Assembly (NCBI GenBank): GCA_963804165.1
Contig: CAWDPO010000001.1
Span: forward strand, 96,001-160,000
Direction of reading: 5' to 3'
Length of the DNA: 64,000 nt
DNA from: an uncultured delta proteobacterium
GTDB taxonomy: Bacteria; Desulfobacterota; Binatia; UBA9968
Part shown: positions 10,223 to 19,559 of the stretch, piece by piece
Position numbering within the stretch: the first letter of the stretch is position 1
Layout of the letters: the number at the start of each line of letters is the position of its first letter
Program-made: the position numbers and the translations under genes
Notes under the pieces: generated by a model
Told to the model about the DNA's origin: nothing
Database searches by the model: none
Seen by the model: the letters and a program-made list of their open reading frames with translations, nothing else

Positions 10223-10687
10223 TCATCTGCGAGACGGCGGCTGATACGTTCCCGGCTCAGCGCGAAAACTGATCGTAATGCGATTCCAAGCGTTGATCGT
10301 GACCACCGTTAGGGTTAAATCCGCCAACTCCTGTTCACTGAATTGCCGGCGAGTCTGTTCGTAGAGTTCATCCGGCGCGTGATTGTCGGCGATCAACGTC
10401 AGAGTTTCGGTCCAGTCCAGGGCGGCGCGCTCGCGTTCGCTGTAGTACGGCGCCTCCCGCCACGCGACCAAACCGTAAAGGCGCTGTTCGGTTTCGCCTG
10501 CGGCCCGCGCGTCTTTCCAATGCATATCGATGCAATAAGCGCAGCCGTTGATTTGCGACGCGCGCAGCTTGATCAATTCGCGCAGCGGCGGCTCGATGCT
10601 GCTTTCGGCTAAATATTTCTCCAGGCCATACATTGCCCGTAACGCGCCGGATGCGACTTTGGTGTAATCGATTCGGGGTAACATCAA
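10223..10687 (-). CDS. Carboxymuconolactone decarboxylase / AhpD-like protein
   Basis: LRASQINGCAYCIDMH, ERERAAL, INAWNR. Confidence 0.92.
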   Translation of the reverse strand: MMLPRIDYTKVASGALRAMYGLEKYLAESSIEPPLRELIKLRASQINGCAYCIDMHWKDARAAGETEQRLYGLVAWREAPYYSERERAALDWTETLTLIADNHAPDELYEQTRRQFSEQELADLTLTVVTINAWNRITISFRAEPGTYQPPSRR

Positions 10688-10725
10688 ATTTCTCCTTTTT
10701 GTTTAATTCTCGAATCAGGTCGGTT

Positions 10726-11038
10726 TTAGCCAATGTGACTCATCGCCATTTCCTCAGCTCGGCTGGACTGCTCGTTTCGTTTCTTGGACGTTGCTGATCG
10801 ACGCACCTGAAAGAGCGTGACGAGATGAAGCATGACAAACAACGGAACAAAAAACGCAGGGATCAGAACCAGCGGCAAGCGCGCCACTGGAAAGGTGGTG
10901 ACGCCAATCGCGGGTACCGGCGGCACCCCGGGCGCTCTGACAAATGCTCCGCTAGCGCCAAGCACAAAAACCAGCCCGAACCAAATCGCCAGCCCGGCTG
11001 CGACGCTTGACGGCATTAGGATCTGGCATCGTTTTCAT
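10726..11038 (-). pseudogene. Membrane protein remnant (internally deleted/frameshifted)
   Basis: RBS-preceded ATG at 11038 is out of frame with the hydrophobic body; first TM helix joins directly to a C-terminal LPLVLIPAFFVP...H helix. Confidence 0.5.
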
Positions 11039-11092
11039 GACAACCTCACGATTGTTAATTTGAACATTCTGCCCAGGCAATTTCTAACCTTG

Positions 11093-11107
11093 GCAATGGT
11101 TGTGCCA
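11093..11107 (-). promoter_or_regulatory. Sigma54 promoter
   Basis: TGGCAC-AACCA-TTGC on minus strand. Confidence 0.85.
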
Positions 11108-11203
11108 CGCCGCTCGGGGAGCGTAAAAAATGTCGCCGATGATGCAATTGATCGAAGATTATTGTGAGGCGATCTGCGGCCTAGCGATAACTCAGCCGAA
11201 GTC

Positions 11204-11237
11204 TGACGATTTTTCGGCACGTGACTAAATCTAGGCG
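11204..11237. promoter_or_regulatory. Candidate enhancer (UAS), copy 2
   Basis: TGACGATTTTTCGGCA-CG-TGACTAAATCTAGGCG, 97 bp upstream of the -24 element. Confidence 0.72.
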
Positions 11238-11297
11238 CGCCAGAATTGAATGCGACTCGGTCGATAATTGCCCATGCGATGTGTCGGGAAGAGCGCT

Positions 11298-12401
11298 TCA
11301 GCCTCGCAACGCCAATGGCAGAACTTCGTCGATCAAGACCTGATCGAACTTTTTGGGCTCTTCAAACGGTGGATTATGAGCCGACTGCTCGAACCAAACC
11401 AATCGTTTGTACGGCGCGTTGACTTTGTCGAAGTACGTTTTGGCCAGAACCGACGGGACATGCCAATCATACCGTCCAAGCAGAAAGAAAATCGGCACGC
11501 CAAAGGATCGATACTGTTCACGAAGATTTAACCGCGCATTCTCGTCATCGAGATGGGTCAAGGAAAAGTGGTTACCCTGTCCAAACTTGATCAGATCGAC
11601 CAAGTTAGTCTCGTCCGTATTCAAAGCCGTCCAGATCAGCTTGCCGGTGGAAAGACCGCCATGGTACATGCCGCCGAACCGCTCCACCCACTCGCCTAAC
11701 GTAAGCCGATCTAAGACATTGCGAGGCAAAGGACAAATTCCACTCAGTTCACGCAAGGCGCTGTCATCGCCGTGTCTTTTGGCCGCCGACAAGGCGAACT
11801 CACAGGATAGCCGGGTTTCTTCGACGGGATTGGAAACTTGCGCGACTCCGACGTAGGCTGCGACATTCTCAGGATGGCGGTAGGAATAGATTGCCCCTAA
11901 CGCGCTGCCCCAGGAATGACCGAGTAGTACGACTTCATTTTTATGAAAGCGCTGCTTGACTAACTCGACGACTTCGTCGAGATCGCGTAAAAGTTGCTCA
12001 ATCGTCATCGACTCGGGCGGAATGTCCGAATGATACGAGCGGCCCGCGCCGCGCTGCTCCCAGTAAACAACCAGAAAGTGTTTTTCGAGTTCGGCGTTGT
12101 AATGGCGAAAAAGCGCGGATTCACTGGCGCCCGGCCCGCCGTGCAGCAGAATAAGTGCAGGGTTGTTACGGTCTTGACCGCGAAACCAGATACTTTGGGA
12201 AACGCCGCCGATACTGACGTTTTCCATTGTCGCGACGCTGCCGGGAATCACGCCACCGTGCGCATCCGTGAATGGCGCCGTACGAACGCATCCCGGGCAC
12301 GACAACAAAAGTAGGATAACGGCAAAGCGCGGAAAAAAATAACAGGATGAAAAACCGATGACCGAACCATAATCCTGGCTCGCTGTGCGAAATGTCTCCA
12401 T
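11298..12401 (-). CDS. Alpha/beta hydrolase (proline iminopeptidase-like)
   Basis: LHGGPG, EQRGAGRS, GHSWG nucleophile, SAHNPPFEEP; N-terminal hydrophobic/lipobox-like segment. Confidence 0.9.
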   Translation of the reverse strand: METFRTASQDYGSVIGFSSCYFFPRFAVILLLLSCPGCVRTAPFTDAHGGVIPGSVATMENVSIGGVSQSIWFRGQDRNNPALILLHGGPGASESALFRHYNAELEKHFLVVYWEQRGAGRSYHSDIPPESMTIEQLLRDLDEVVELVKQRFHKNEVVLLGHSWGSALGAIYSYRHPENVAAYVGVAQVSNPVEETRLSCEFALSAAKRHGDDSALRELSGICPLPRNVLDRLTLGEWVERFGGMYHGGLSTGKLIWTALNTDETNLVDLIKFGQGNHFSLTHLDDENARLNLREQYRSFGVPIFFLLGRYDWHVPSVLAKTYFDKVNAPYKRLVWFEQSAHNPPFEEPKKFDQVLIDEVLPLALRG

Positions 12402-12449
12402 CCACGCTGAATCAACTCCAGCAGTCCAGCGCGGCTCGCATGGCGTCGT

Positions 12450-13139
12450 TCATTTATCCAGCCAAATATTCATCCCTGTGCCGGTTTCTTCGATGGCGAG
12501 TTTGCTAAAACGACTGCTTGCGACCAGTTCTTCGATCTCATTTTTGACATAGGCGCGTTTCTTCAGCATCAGCTCAAAAGTCCATTTCGTAATGAACGTG
12601 TCCCACCAGCTCAGGCCGATCGTGTCGACGTATTCATCGATGGTTTCCTTCGGCGCGTCCCGGCGCAAATCTATGATCAATGCTCTGGCGCCGTCTTTCA
12701 AAACGCGATGCATTTCATTGAGCGCGGCGGCGGGATGGGCAAAATTCTTGAACGCCGCGCGGCAAACGAGGAAATCGAATGTGGCATTTTCGTATGGCAT
12801 AACTGCCACATTGCCCTGACGAAAGTCGATGTGGACGCCCGCTGCGCGGGCATTTTCTTGGGCGATTTGGACAAAAGTTCTGCTGATATCCAAGCCAAAA
12901 ATCTGATAACGGCGTAGCTTCGCAAGCTCGATGGCGAGATAACCCGGTCCTGGAGCGACTTCCAAAACTCGGCTGCCCTCCGGCAAATGTCTGGTTATAT
13001 CGCTTGCGCACTGTTTGAACTCTGTGAGCGTTTTCGCCGTATTCTTCGCATACCAACGGGCGACCGGCCCCTCCATCGCCAGTCCTTTGTAGCCCTTTGA
13101 GTGTTTCGGCCTGATCTCGTCAGTCTGAATAATATCCAT
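12450..13139 (-). CDS. Class I SAM-dependent methyltransferase
   Basis: VLEVAPGPG motif I, GLDIS, FDFLVC, EMHRVLKDG; start placed at 13139 (GGAG RBS, downstream of a sigma54 promoter). Confidence 0.9.
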   Translation of the reverse strand: MDIIQTDEIRPKHSKGYKGLAMEGPVARWYAKNTAKTLTEFKQCASDITRHLPEGSRVLEVAPGPGYLAIELAKLRRYQIFGLDISRTFVQIAQENARAAGVHIDFRQGNVAVMPYENATFDFLVCRAAFKNFAHPAAALNEMHRVLKDGARALIIDLRRDAPKETIDEYVDTIGLSWWDTFITKWTFELMLKKRAYVKNEIEELVASSRFSKLAIEETGTGMNIWLDK

Positions 13140-13160
13140 GTTCGCTCCGCTTGAATTAAA

Positions 13161-13176
13161 TGCAATGTCGGTGCCA
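13161..13176 (-). promoter_or_regulatory. Sigma54 promoter
   Basis: TGGCAC-CGACA-TTGCA, perfect consensus. Confidence 0.85.
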
Positions 13177-13589
13177 ATAGTGAATTCCACAGAGAGTCCG
13201 GAAAACTAAAGACTGCAATTATCGCGAGGCGAAATCACAATCAAAATTGTGATGAACTGAGACCTGTTCATGCCTCAGCGGCACGGGCGCAGGAAGATTC
13301 ATACACGCCGCTTCATTTCCTCCATACGGCCGGTGGCAACGGTTGAAGATCCATCGATGTCGTGCGCGCCAATAACGACCAAAAATGTAGGAGGAAAAAA
13401 CCTTCGACGGCTTAAGCGCAGATCAGAACGACTCGGTGCGATCCTCACCAAAGATTTCCTTGTGCTTGGCGTCAACCAGATTGGCATTGAACCAACTCGG
13501 GTAAAGGTTCGCCGGCGCGGAGATCCGCCGACTCGAAGCAACTCAAAAGAACTTGCTACGTCAATGACGAAGCTGGAACGAGCACGCCT

Positions 13590-13997
13590 TCAGTTGATTT
13601 GCTCTCGCTCCCGTGGATACGCCGGCAGTCGATCATCTAAAACAATCCAGGATAGACAGCTCTCCGTCCAGGTATGATCTTCCGGTATCAGTGTTTCCGG
13701 TTCGTCCAGGCTGCCGAGTGTTACGTCAATGGAGTCCGGCAAATCGGCGCGACGATAAGTCAATGCAGTTCCGCAATGACTGCAGAAAGTGCGCTTGACG
13801 TTTGGCGAGGACGCGTAGAAAGCCGGTTCGCGCTTGGTAAACGTGAATTTGTCTGTATCGAAACCGGCCCACGTCACAAACGGCGCGCCGCTCGCACGGC
13901 GGCAGGTTTTGCAATGGCAATGGGTGATGCCATGAGCCGGTCCATATGCGCGATAGCGAATTGCGCCACAAAGACATCCGCCTTCAATAGCTTCCAC
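13590..13997 (-). CDS. GFA / CENP-V family Zn-binding protein
   Basis: GGCLCGAIRY, HCHCKTCRR, RTFCSHCGT. Confidence 0.92.
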   Translation of the reverse strand: MEAIEGGCLCGAIRYRAYGPAHGITHCHCKTCRRASGAPFVTWAGFDTDKFTFTKREPAFYASSPNVKRTFCSHCGTALTYRRADLPDSIDVTLGSLDEPETLIPEDHTWTESCLSWIVLDDRLPAYPREREQIN

Positions 13998-14079
13998 GAT
14001 GATCGTCTCCTTTGAATTGTAAAAACGCGTGAGGTTTTCCGTGGTTCGAACCTGATCGTTACCCTATTCCCATACTGAC

Positions 14080-14502
14080 TTATGTGAAGTTGGCACCCTT
14101 TCTGATTAACCCCACCCCCAAAGTGATGACTCCGGCAGCCAGAACAACTGCGCCGACATACGCCAGATAGATCAATCCGTTGGGCTCGCGGGCTTGGGGC
14201 GATAGGACCGAAAGGAAAAAAGCTACCGGCAAAAGAATCGCCGCGGACGGCGCGGCCAACCTGACGAATCTCTTTGCTGGCTCCGACAAATGCGCGTCGT
14301 CGACGTAGCGAAGAACCAGCAGACTCAAAATCAGCAGCAGGCCGGCATGCGCGTGACCAGCCCGCCAGAGATTTTGTCGCAACGGGTTAGCCGCGTAACC
14401 TGGCTCCCAAATCAGCATGGATAATAGGCTCCCGCCACCGATCATGACGGTTGGGAGAACGACCAGTAGAATCCCGGCGATTCGGTACGATTCTTTGCTC
14501 AA
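14080..14502 (-). CDS. Four-TM membrane protein with RAGHAHAG motif
   Basis: Four hydrophobic helices; TTG start with GAGGAG RBS. Confidence 0.75.
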   Translation of the reverse strand: MSKESYRIAGILLVVLPTVMIGGGSLLSMLIWEPGYAANPLRQNLWRAGHAHAGLLLILSLLVLRYVDDAHLSEPAKRFVRLAAPSAAILLPVAFFLSVLSPQAREPNGLIYLAYVGAVVLAAGVITLGVGLIRKGANFT

Positions 14503-14577
14503 TTCTGTCTCCTCAAGCCTCTACCTACGAACGACGACTCACCCGGGGAGAGTTGCGATCTCATCCGCAGAATTTGC

Positions 14578-14763
14578 CTAGTCGGCTTTTTCTTCATCGC
14601 ACACGGACACGTCCAACAACGCTCCAGCTTCGCGGCAATCCAAGTCATATTGCTGCATGAGTAAGGTCGCCGCATCTTCGCGGCGATCTTCATGCAACGC
14701 GTTACGCGCTTCAGGAGACAGCGTCTTTCCGCCAAGCAGAAGTGGCACAAACGAAAGTTTCAT
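14578..14763 (-). CDS. 61-aa small protein with C-x11-C (paralog of 18347-18524)
   Basis: MKLSFVPLLLGG...DCREAGALLDVSVC; AAAGGA RBS; first gene after the sigma54 promoter. Confidence 0.75.
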   Translation of the reverse strand: MKLSFVPLLLGGKTLSPEARNALHEDRREDAATLLMQQYDLDCREAGALLDVSVCDEEKAD

Positions 14764-14806
14764 GAGAAATGATCCTTTCTTGAGTCTTTTGTCGGACGTG
14801 TTATGC

Positions 14807-14821
14807 GCAACGCGCATGCCA
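14807..14821 (-). promoter_or_regulatory. Sigma54 promoter
   Basis: TGGCAT-GCGCG-TTGC on minus strand. Confidence 0.85.
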
Positions 14822-14925
14822 ACGCGGTTTACCGGATAAATTCCGTGTTAACTGTACCAATCCGGGAGCTTGGACGACAGAAATTTCGTCTTGAAAAGAA
14901 AACCGAAAATGTGCCGAAGGCTGCG

Positions 14926-14959
14926 TGCCGATTTATCGGCAGACGCCGAAATGATGGCT
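14926..14959. promoter_or_regulatory. Candidate enhancer (UAS), copy 3
   Basis: TGCCGATTTATCGGCA-GA-CGCCGAAATGATGGCT, 105 bp upstream of the -24 element. Confidence 0.8.
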
Positions 14960-15040
14960 TGAAGCGAAGTAGCTGACCACTCTCATCATCACAGAGCGGA
15001 TAGCTCTTAGGATCGGCCTGCACGACTCATTTGAATTTCC

Positions 15041-15793
15041 CTACTGTAACGGCGCAGTTCTCCACCTTTCGAGGCGAAAGCCGGGATCCCAGCCCAGCTC
15101 GCGGCGCGCTTTCGCAATCGAAACAAAGCCGGTGTCCGCAGCGATGTTGAAAATACCGGTTACCGTTCGCTCGATCGCCAGCAGCGTCGCTTGCGCTGCG
15201 GCGTCGACGTGAACTGGTGCTGACCCATTCGGTTTAGCGCTGCCAGTTGCAGGACCGTAGAACTGCCCATAACGCAGGACCACGCCGACAAGCGGCGCCG
15301 ACCCCAGGGTCAATCGCTCCAACGTGGCGACGCCCTGTACGCTGATGGCACGGGCTCCGTCGGAGGCCAGATCGAGCGGAGCACTTTCTAAATAAGGCTG
15401 CGGCCCTGGCGCATAGGCCCAGGCGATACTCTGCGCAATCAGGCGGCTCGCTCCCGCTGCCGAAGCGGCAGCAACGAGATTTTTCGTTCCCTCACTGCGA
15501 ATGCGCGCGTTACGTGCGGTCGCCTCCGCTCTCAGCTTTGGATCGCGGCCGAGGCGCAGATCCGAGAGCTGGTGAATGACGATGTCCGGCTGCACCGTAG
15601 TCATCACGAGAGACAACGCCGGCGCGTCAAATACATCGATGACGATCGGCTTCACACCGGCCGCCTCAAGTTCAGCGGCTTTCGTCTCTGACCTGGTCGT
15701 GCCGAAAACTTCATATCCGGTATTCGCGAGGAGCGGCCCTAGCCGACTGCCGATCGCGCCGGTCGCTCCTGCAAGAAAAACTTTGCGCGGCAT
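15041..15793 (-). CDS. NAD-dependent epimerase/dehydratase (extended SDR)
   Basis: FLAGATGAIG Rossmann motif, VLRYGQFYGP, ARRELGWDP; start MPRKV at 15793. Confidence 0.88.
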   Translation of the reverse strand: MPRKVFLAGATGAIGSRLGPLLANTGYEVFGTTRSETKAAELEAAGVKPIVIDVFDAPALSLVMTTVQPDIVIHQLSDLRLGRDPKLRAEATARNARIRSEGTKNLVAAASAAGASRLIAQSIAWAYAPGPQPYLESAPLDLASDGARAISVQGVATLERLTLGSAPLVGVVLRYGQFYGPATGSAKPNGSAPVHVDAAAQATLLAIERTVTGIFNIAADTGFVSIAKARRELGWDPGFRLERWRTAPLQ

Positions 15794-15865
15794 AAATGTC
15801 ACTCCAAGGATTTTAAATTCGATCCGACAGCGGGCCCGACTGTCCTCGGGAATCTCGGACGTCAA

Positions 15866-16652
15866 TCAATAAATAGTTCGGACGAGACCGCCTTCCGCCC
15901 GCAGGGCAGCACCGTTAGTGGCCGACGACAGAGGACTTGCAACGAAAGCCGTCAAGTTTGCAATCTCACGTGGGTCAATCAAGCGTTGCAAGAGAGACGA
16001 AGATCGGTGCTTTTCAAAAAATTCCTTCTCGGCTTCTGCCGGTGTGGGTTCTGTCTTCGAGGACACGCTCCGCAAGAAATCGACGATTCCTTCAGACATC
16101 GTCGGTCCCGGGAGAATCGAGTTGACGGTAACTTTCGTTCCCTTGGTCAGCTCGGCGAGCCCTCTCGCAACCGCAAGCTGAGCTGACTTGGTAAACCCGT
16201 AGTGAACCATTTCTGGGGGAGTCATGATGCCGGAGTCGCTGGAAATGAAAATGATCCGGCCGAAGTTGCGCTCTAGCATGCCGCGCATGTAGTGACGCGC
16301 GAGACGAACGCCGCTCATCACGTTGATCTTGAAAATATGCATCCAGTCGGAATCTTGAAGCTCGAAGAATGCCGAGGTTGTTCACCAATACATCGACAAC
16401 AGGCACGGAACTGATCATCGTTTCGATGCCGTCAGGTATACCCAAATCGGCCGCCACGACCATAACATCCAAGGCTTTTCCTGAGGATGATTGAATCGAT
16501 TCCTTGGCTTTCTCGAGTTTCGCTTGGCTACGACCCGCGATGATCACGTTCGCCCCTTCACCTGCCAGCGCCGTAGCGATCGCCAGCCCGATGCCGGAAG
16601 TCGATCCTGATACGAGCGCTTTCTTGCCGTCCAATTGTAAGTTCACCTGCAA
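15866..16652 (-). pseudogene. Short-chain dehydrogenase/reductase, frameshifted near 16350
   Basis: SGSTSGIG and LVNNLGI in one frame; INVMSG, YGFTK and VTVNSILPG in another; the junction looks short by a few codons. Confidence 0.8.
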
Positions 16653-16709
16653 GTCCCCCTTTTGATACTACTCAACTCGAATTTCTATGTCGTCAACACG
16701 CGAAGCGAA

Positions 16710-17144
16710 TCAGAGGTTCACCAGTCCCATCATCTCTTCAGGATAACGCCCGCCACTTGCTACGCCGCGCGGCGCGACCTCATCGATACGTTCTAGCTCT
16801 TTCGCGCTGAGCTGTATTCCTACGGCAGCGGCGTTCTGCTCCAGATAGCTGCGCCGCTTCGTTCCAGGAATCGGAATGATGTCATCGTCTTGCGCCAGCA
16901 CCCAAGCGAGCGCTAGTTGTGAAGCGGTGCAACCCTTTTCGCTCGCAATCGCCTCGACGCGTCGGACCAATTCCAGATTGCGGCGAAAGTTTTCCCCCTG
17001 GAAGCGGGGATTGGTGCGGCGCCAATCATCCGCCGACAGATCCTCCTCCCGCTTGAACTCGCCGTACGCGTAAGACATGCCCATGCAGCCAAGACCGATC
17101 GCCGAAACCAACGGTCCATTCTTACCTAAACGTCTTTGCTTCAT
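16710..17144 (-). pseudogene. Aldo/keto reductase with large in-frame internal deletion
   Basis: N-terminal GLGCMGMSYAYG joined directly to the C-terminal part (PRFQGEN, QLALAWVL, IPIPGTKR); 144 aa versus ~330 typical; catalytic Asp/Tyr/Lys/His region missing. Confidence 0.85.
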
Positions 17145-17203
17145 TTGTTGTTCTCCCTTTTTCTCAAGACACCTGACGGTGCCAAAATAATATTCCCGCG
17201 TCG

Positions 17204-18232
17204 TTATTGCTTTTGCTGCGCGACGCGGACGATCAGTTTGCCGAAATTGCGTCCTTGCAAAAGTCCAATCAACGCTTCGGGCGCATGCTCCAAACCATCG
17301 ACGATATCTTCACGGTATTTGATGCGCCCATCGCGCAGCCACGCGGATACATCGCGCAAAAAATCGCCGAACCGCGCGCCGTGGTCGGTGATGATAAAAC
17401 CGCGCACCGTCAGGCGCTTGCTAAGCACATGTCGGAAGTCCGGGCTCGGAGCCGACGTCGCGTCGTTGTAGTGCGCAACAAGTCCGCAGACAACCGCGCG
17501 CGCGAAATTATTGAGCAGCGGCCAGATTGCCTGCAGTACAGCGCCGCCGACGTTTTCGAAATCGACGTCGACTCCATTCGGACAAGCGCGCGCGAGCGCC
17601 GGTGCGAAATCCGCCGCGCGATGATCGATGCATGCATCGAAGCCAAGTTCATCAACGACGTAGCGGCGCTTCGTCTCGCCGCCGGCAATACCGATTACTC
17701 GGCAGCCTTTGATCTTGGCGATTTGGCCAACCACTGAACCCACCGCGCCGGAAGCGGCTGACACGACTATGGTTTCCCCGGGCTTTGGCTGACCAATATC
17801 GAGCAGACCGAAATAGGCCGTATGTCCCGGCATGCCGAGCACTCCGAGCGCCGTCGAAACCGGCGCCAGCGCCGGATCTAACTTGCGCAATGTTTTGGCG
17901 GGAATGACCGCGTAGTCTTGCCAATTGCCGAAACCGACGACGATATCGCCGGGAACAAAGGCCGGGTCGCGCGAAGTGATCACCTCGCCGACCGTCTGGC
18001 CGACCATGACGCCACCGATCGGCACCGGCGCGGCGTACGATTTCGTTTCGTTCATCCGCCCGCGCATGTACGGATCGAGCGAAAGAAAAAGCGTGCGCGT
18101 CAGCACTTCTCCATCAGACGGCTCGGGAATCGGAGCATCGACGATCTCGAAATTGGCTTGGGTGGGCACGCCCACCGGCCGGGAGGCCAATCTAACTTGC
18201 CGGTTCAGCTTTGCCATGCCACTTTCCTCCAT
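17204..18232 (-). CDS. NADP-dependent oxidoreductase (PTGR/CurA-like MDR)
   Basis: LSLDPYMRGRM, LGMPGHTAYFGL, SAASGAVGS, GRNFGKLIV. Confidence 0.93.
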   Translation of the reverse strand: MEESGMAKLNRQVRLASRPVGVPTQANFEIVDAPIPEPSDGEVLTRTLFLSLDPYMRGRMNETKSYAAPVPIGGVMVGQTVGEVITSRDPAFVPGDIVVGFGNWQDYAVIPAKTLRKLDPALAPVSTALGVLGMPGHTAYFGLLDIGQPKPGETIVVSAASGAVGSVVGQIAKIKGCRVIGIAGGETKRRYVVDELGFDACIDHRAADFAPALARACPNGVDVDFENVGGAVLQAIWPLLNNFARAVVCGLVAHYNDATSAPSPDFRHVLSKRLTVRGFIITDHGARFGDFLRDVSAWLRDGRIKYREDIVDGLEHAPEALIGLLQGRNFGKLIVRVAQQKQ

Positions 18233-18346
18233 GGGTCATTCGACTCAACCGCCGGGCGTTCGCCAAACGATTGCAAAATTACGCGACGCTGATCAGAAAA
18301 CGGTCAGAACCGTGCAACATCCCTTTCTAGAAACCAAATAAAGCGA

Positions 18347-18524
18347 TCAATCATCCTGGCACGCGGCGATATCTAAAAGATGTCCGGCTTCAACACAATT
18401 CAACCCGTATCCCGCGATCAAGATGTCCGCTGCATCCTTGATACGGTTCTCCCGCAAAGCCTGACGCGCTTCAGCTGAGATGCTTTCTCCGGTGAGCAGC
18501 AAGGGCACAAGTGAAAATTTCCAT
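18347..18524 (-). CDS. Small C-x11-C protein, paralog of 14578-14763, with a 1-nt insertion after the ATG
   Basis: ATG-G-AAA TTT TCA reads (M)KFSLVPLLLTGESISAEARQALRENRIKDAADILIAGYGLNCVEAGHLLDIAACQDD*; AAAGGA RBS. Confidence 0.7.
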
Positions 18525-18587
18525 ATGACATCGTCCTTTCTTCATAGTCCCGTTGTTTGAAAGACTGCGCAAGGGACGACGCTCCTT

Positions 18588-19322
18588 TCACACCTCACAC
18601 CACGCCGCGGCCAGCTTGCACGTTTGTCCGGTGATCCAACGGGCGGCGTCACTGGCGAGAAATAAGGCCACCTCGGAGATGTCTTCCGGAGCACCGACGC
18701 AATTGAAGGGCGACAAACTCGCGCCGTAATCGCGGTACTCATCGGGCATGTCCGTATCGGTAAATCCCGGCGAGAGAACGTTTACGGTGACATTGCGCGG
18801 ACCCAACCCGAGCGACAGCGAGCGAGCGAACTGCTCGATGGCCCCTTTACTGCCGAGATAGAGCGACATGTTGGCAAAATGCATTTTCGTACCGCCGGTC
18901 GAAACGACGACAATGTGACCGCCCTCGCGCACACGGCGGGCGGCCTCTTGCAACGTGAAAAAGACCCCTCTCGTATTGATGTCGAAAATGTAATCGTAAT
19001 CCGCCTCGGTGTTTTCGATCAGCGGTTTTTCAATATGGACGCCGGCGTTGGCGATGACGATATCGAGACCGCCCATCGCCTTTTCAGCTTCGCTGAATAA
19101 GCGCCGCACCTCCGCAGGTCTGGAAACATCAGCGTGAATCGCTATGGCGTTGCCGCCCTTCGTCGAGATCGACATTACGACCTCATGGGCCAGTTGTTCG
19201 TTACGCGCGTAGTTGATAACGACCGACGCACCATCTGCAGCAAGCCGTTCAGCGATTGCCCGGCCGATGCCACGTGAACCGCCGGTAATGAGCGCCGTTT
19301 TTCCCTCGAGTGACATAGACAT
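18588..19322 (-). CDS. Short-chain dehydrogenase/reductase (FabG-like)
   Basis: TGGSRGIG, ANAG, YLGSK; last ~10 codons appear frameshifted after WITGQ. Confidence 0.9.
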   Translation of the reverse strand: MSMSLEGKTALITGGSRGIGRAIAERLAADGASVVINYARNEQLAHEVVMSISTKGGNAIAIHADVSRPAEVRRLFSEAEKAMGGLDIVIANAGVHIEKPLIENTEADYDYIFDINTRGVFFTLQEAARRVREGGHIVVVSTGGTKMHFANMSLYLGSKGAIEQFARSLSLGLGPRNVTVNVLSPGFTDTDMPDEYRDYGASLSPFNCVGAPEDISEVALFLASDAARWITGQTCKLAAAWCEV

Positions 19323-19412
19323 GTTCTCTTCCGGTTAAATTTTTATTTCAAACACCGCTGGGGGACAGATCACGGATGCCGCGGTGGCCTCCCATGTTGT
19401 CCCAATAGTTTA

Positions 19413-19427
19413 ACAAGGTGCGTGCCA
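19413..19427 (-). promoter_or_regulatory. Sigma54 promoter
   Basis: TGGCAC-GCACC-TTGT (-12 GT variant). Confidence 0.72.
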
Positions 19428-19525
19428 GGCCCTGTGGTGTTCGAAGGAAGCCTATAAATGCTTCGCACAGACGCACTTAGACAGCTCCTGATTAGGGTTT
19501 GAAAACGAACGTGATGAAGAAAGCC

Positions 19526-19559
19526 TGCCGACTTATCGGCAAGCGCCGAAATAGTGGCG
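19526..19559. promoter_or_regulatory. Candidate enhancer (UAS), copy 4
   Basis: TGCCGACTTATCGGCA-AG-CGCCGAAATAGTGGCG, 99 bp upstream of the -24 element and abutting the activator stop codon. Confidence 0.8.

Noticed and set aside
13250-13290. Fifth copy of the enhancer upstream of the methyltransferase promoter
   Set aside because: Only a half-site (GCGGCA) and a different TGAAC-N8-GTTCA palindrome; too degenerate to call
13270-13590. ORFs 13270-13677 (+) and 13299-13541 (-)
   Set aside because: Low-information translations; possibly a decayed gene, but no family could be recognised
7582-19559. Repeated TGCCGA...TCGGCA motif as CRISPR or transposon ends
   Set aside because: Copies are kilobases apart, at a fixed distance from sigma54 promoters, with no spacers, cas genes or transposase
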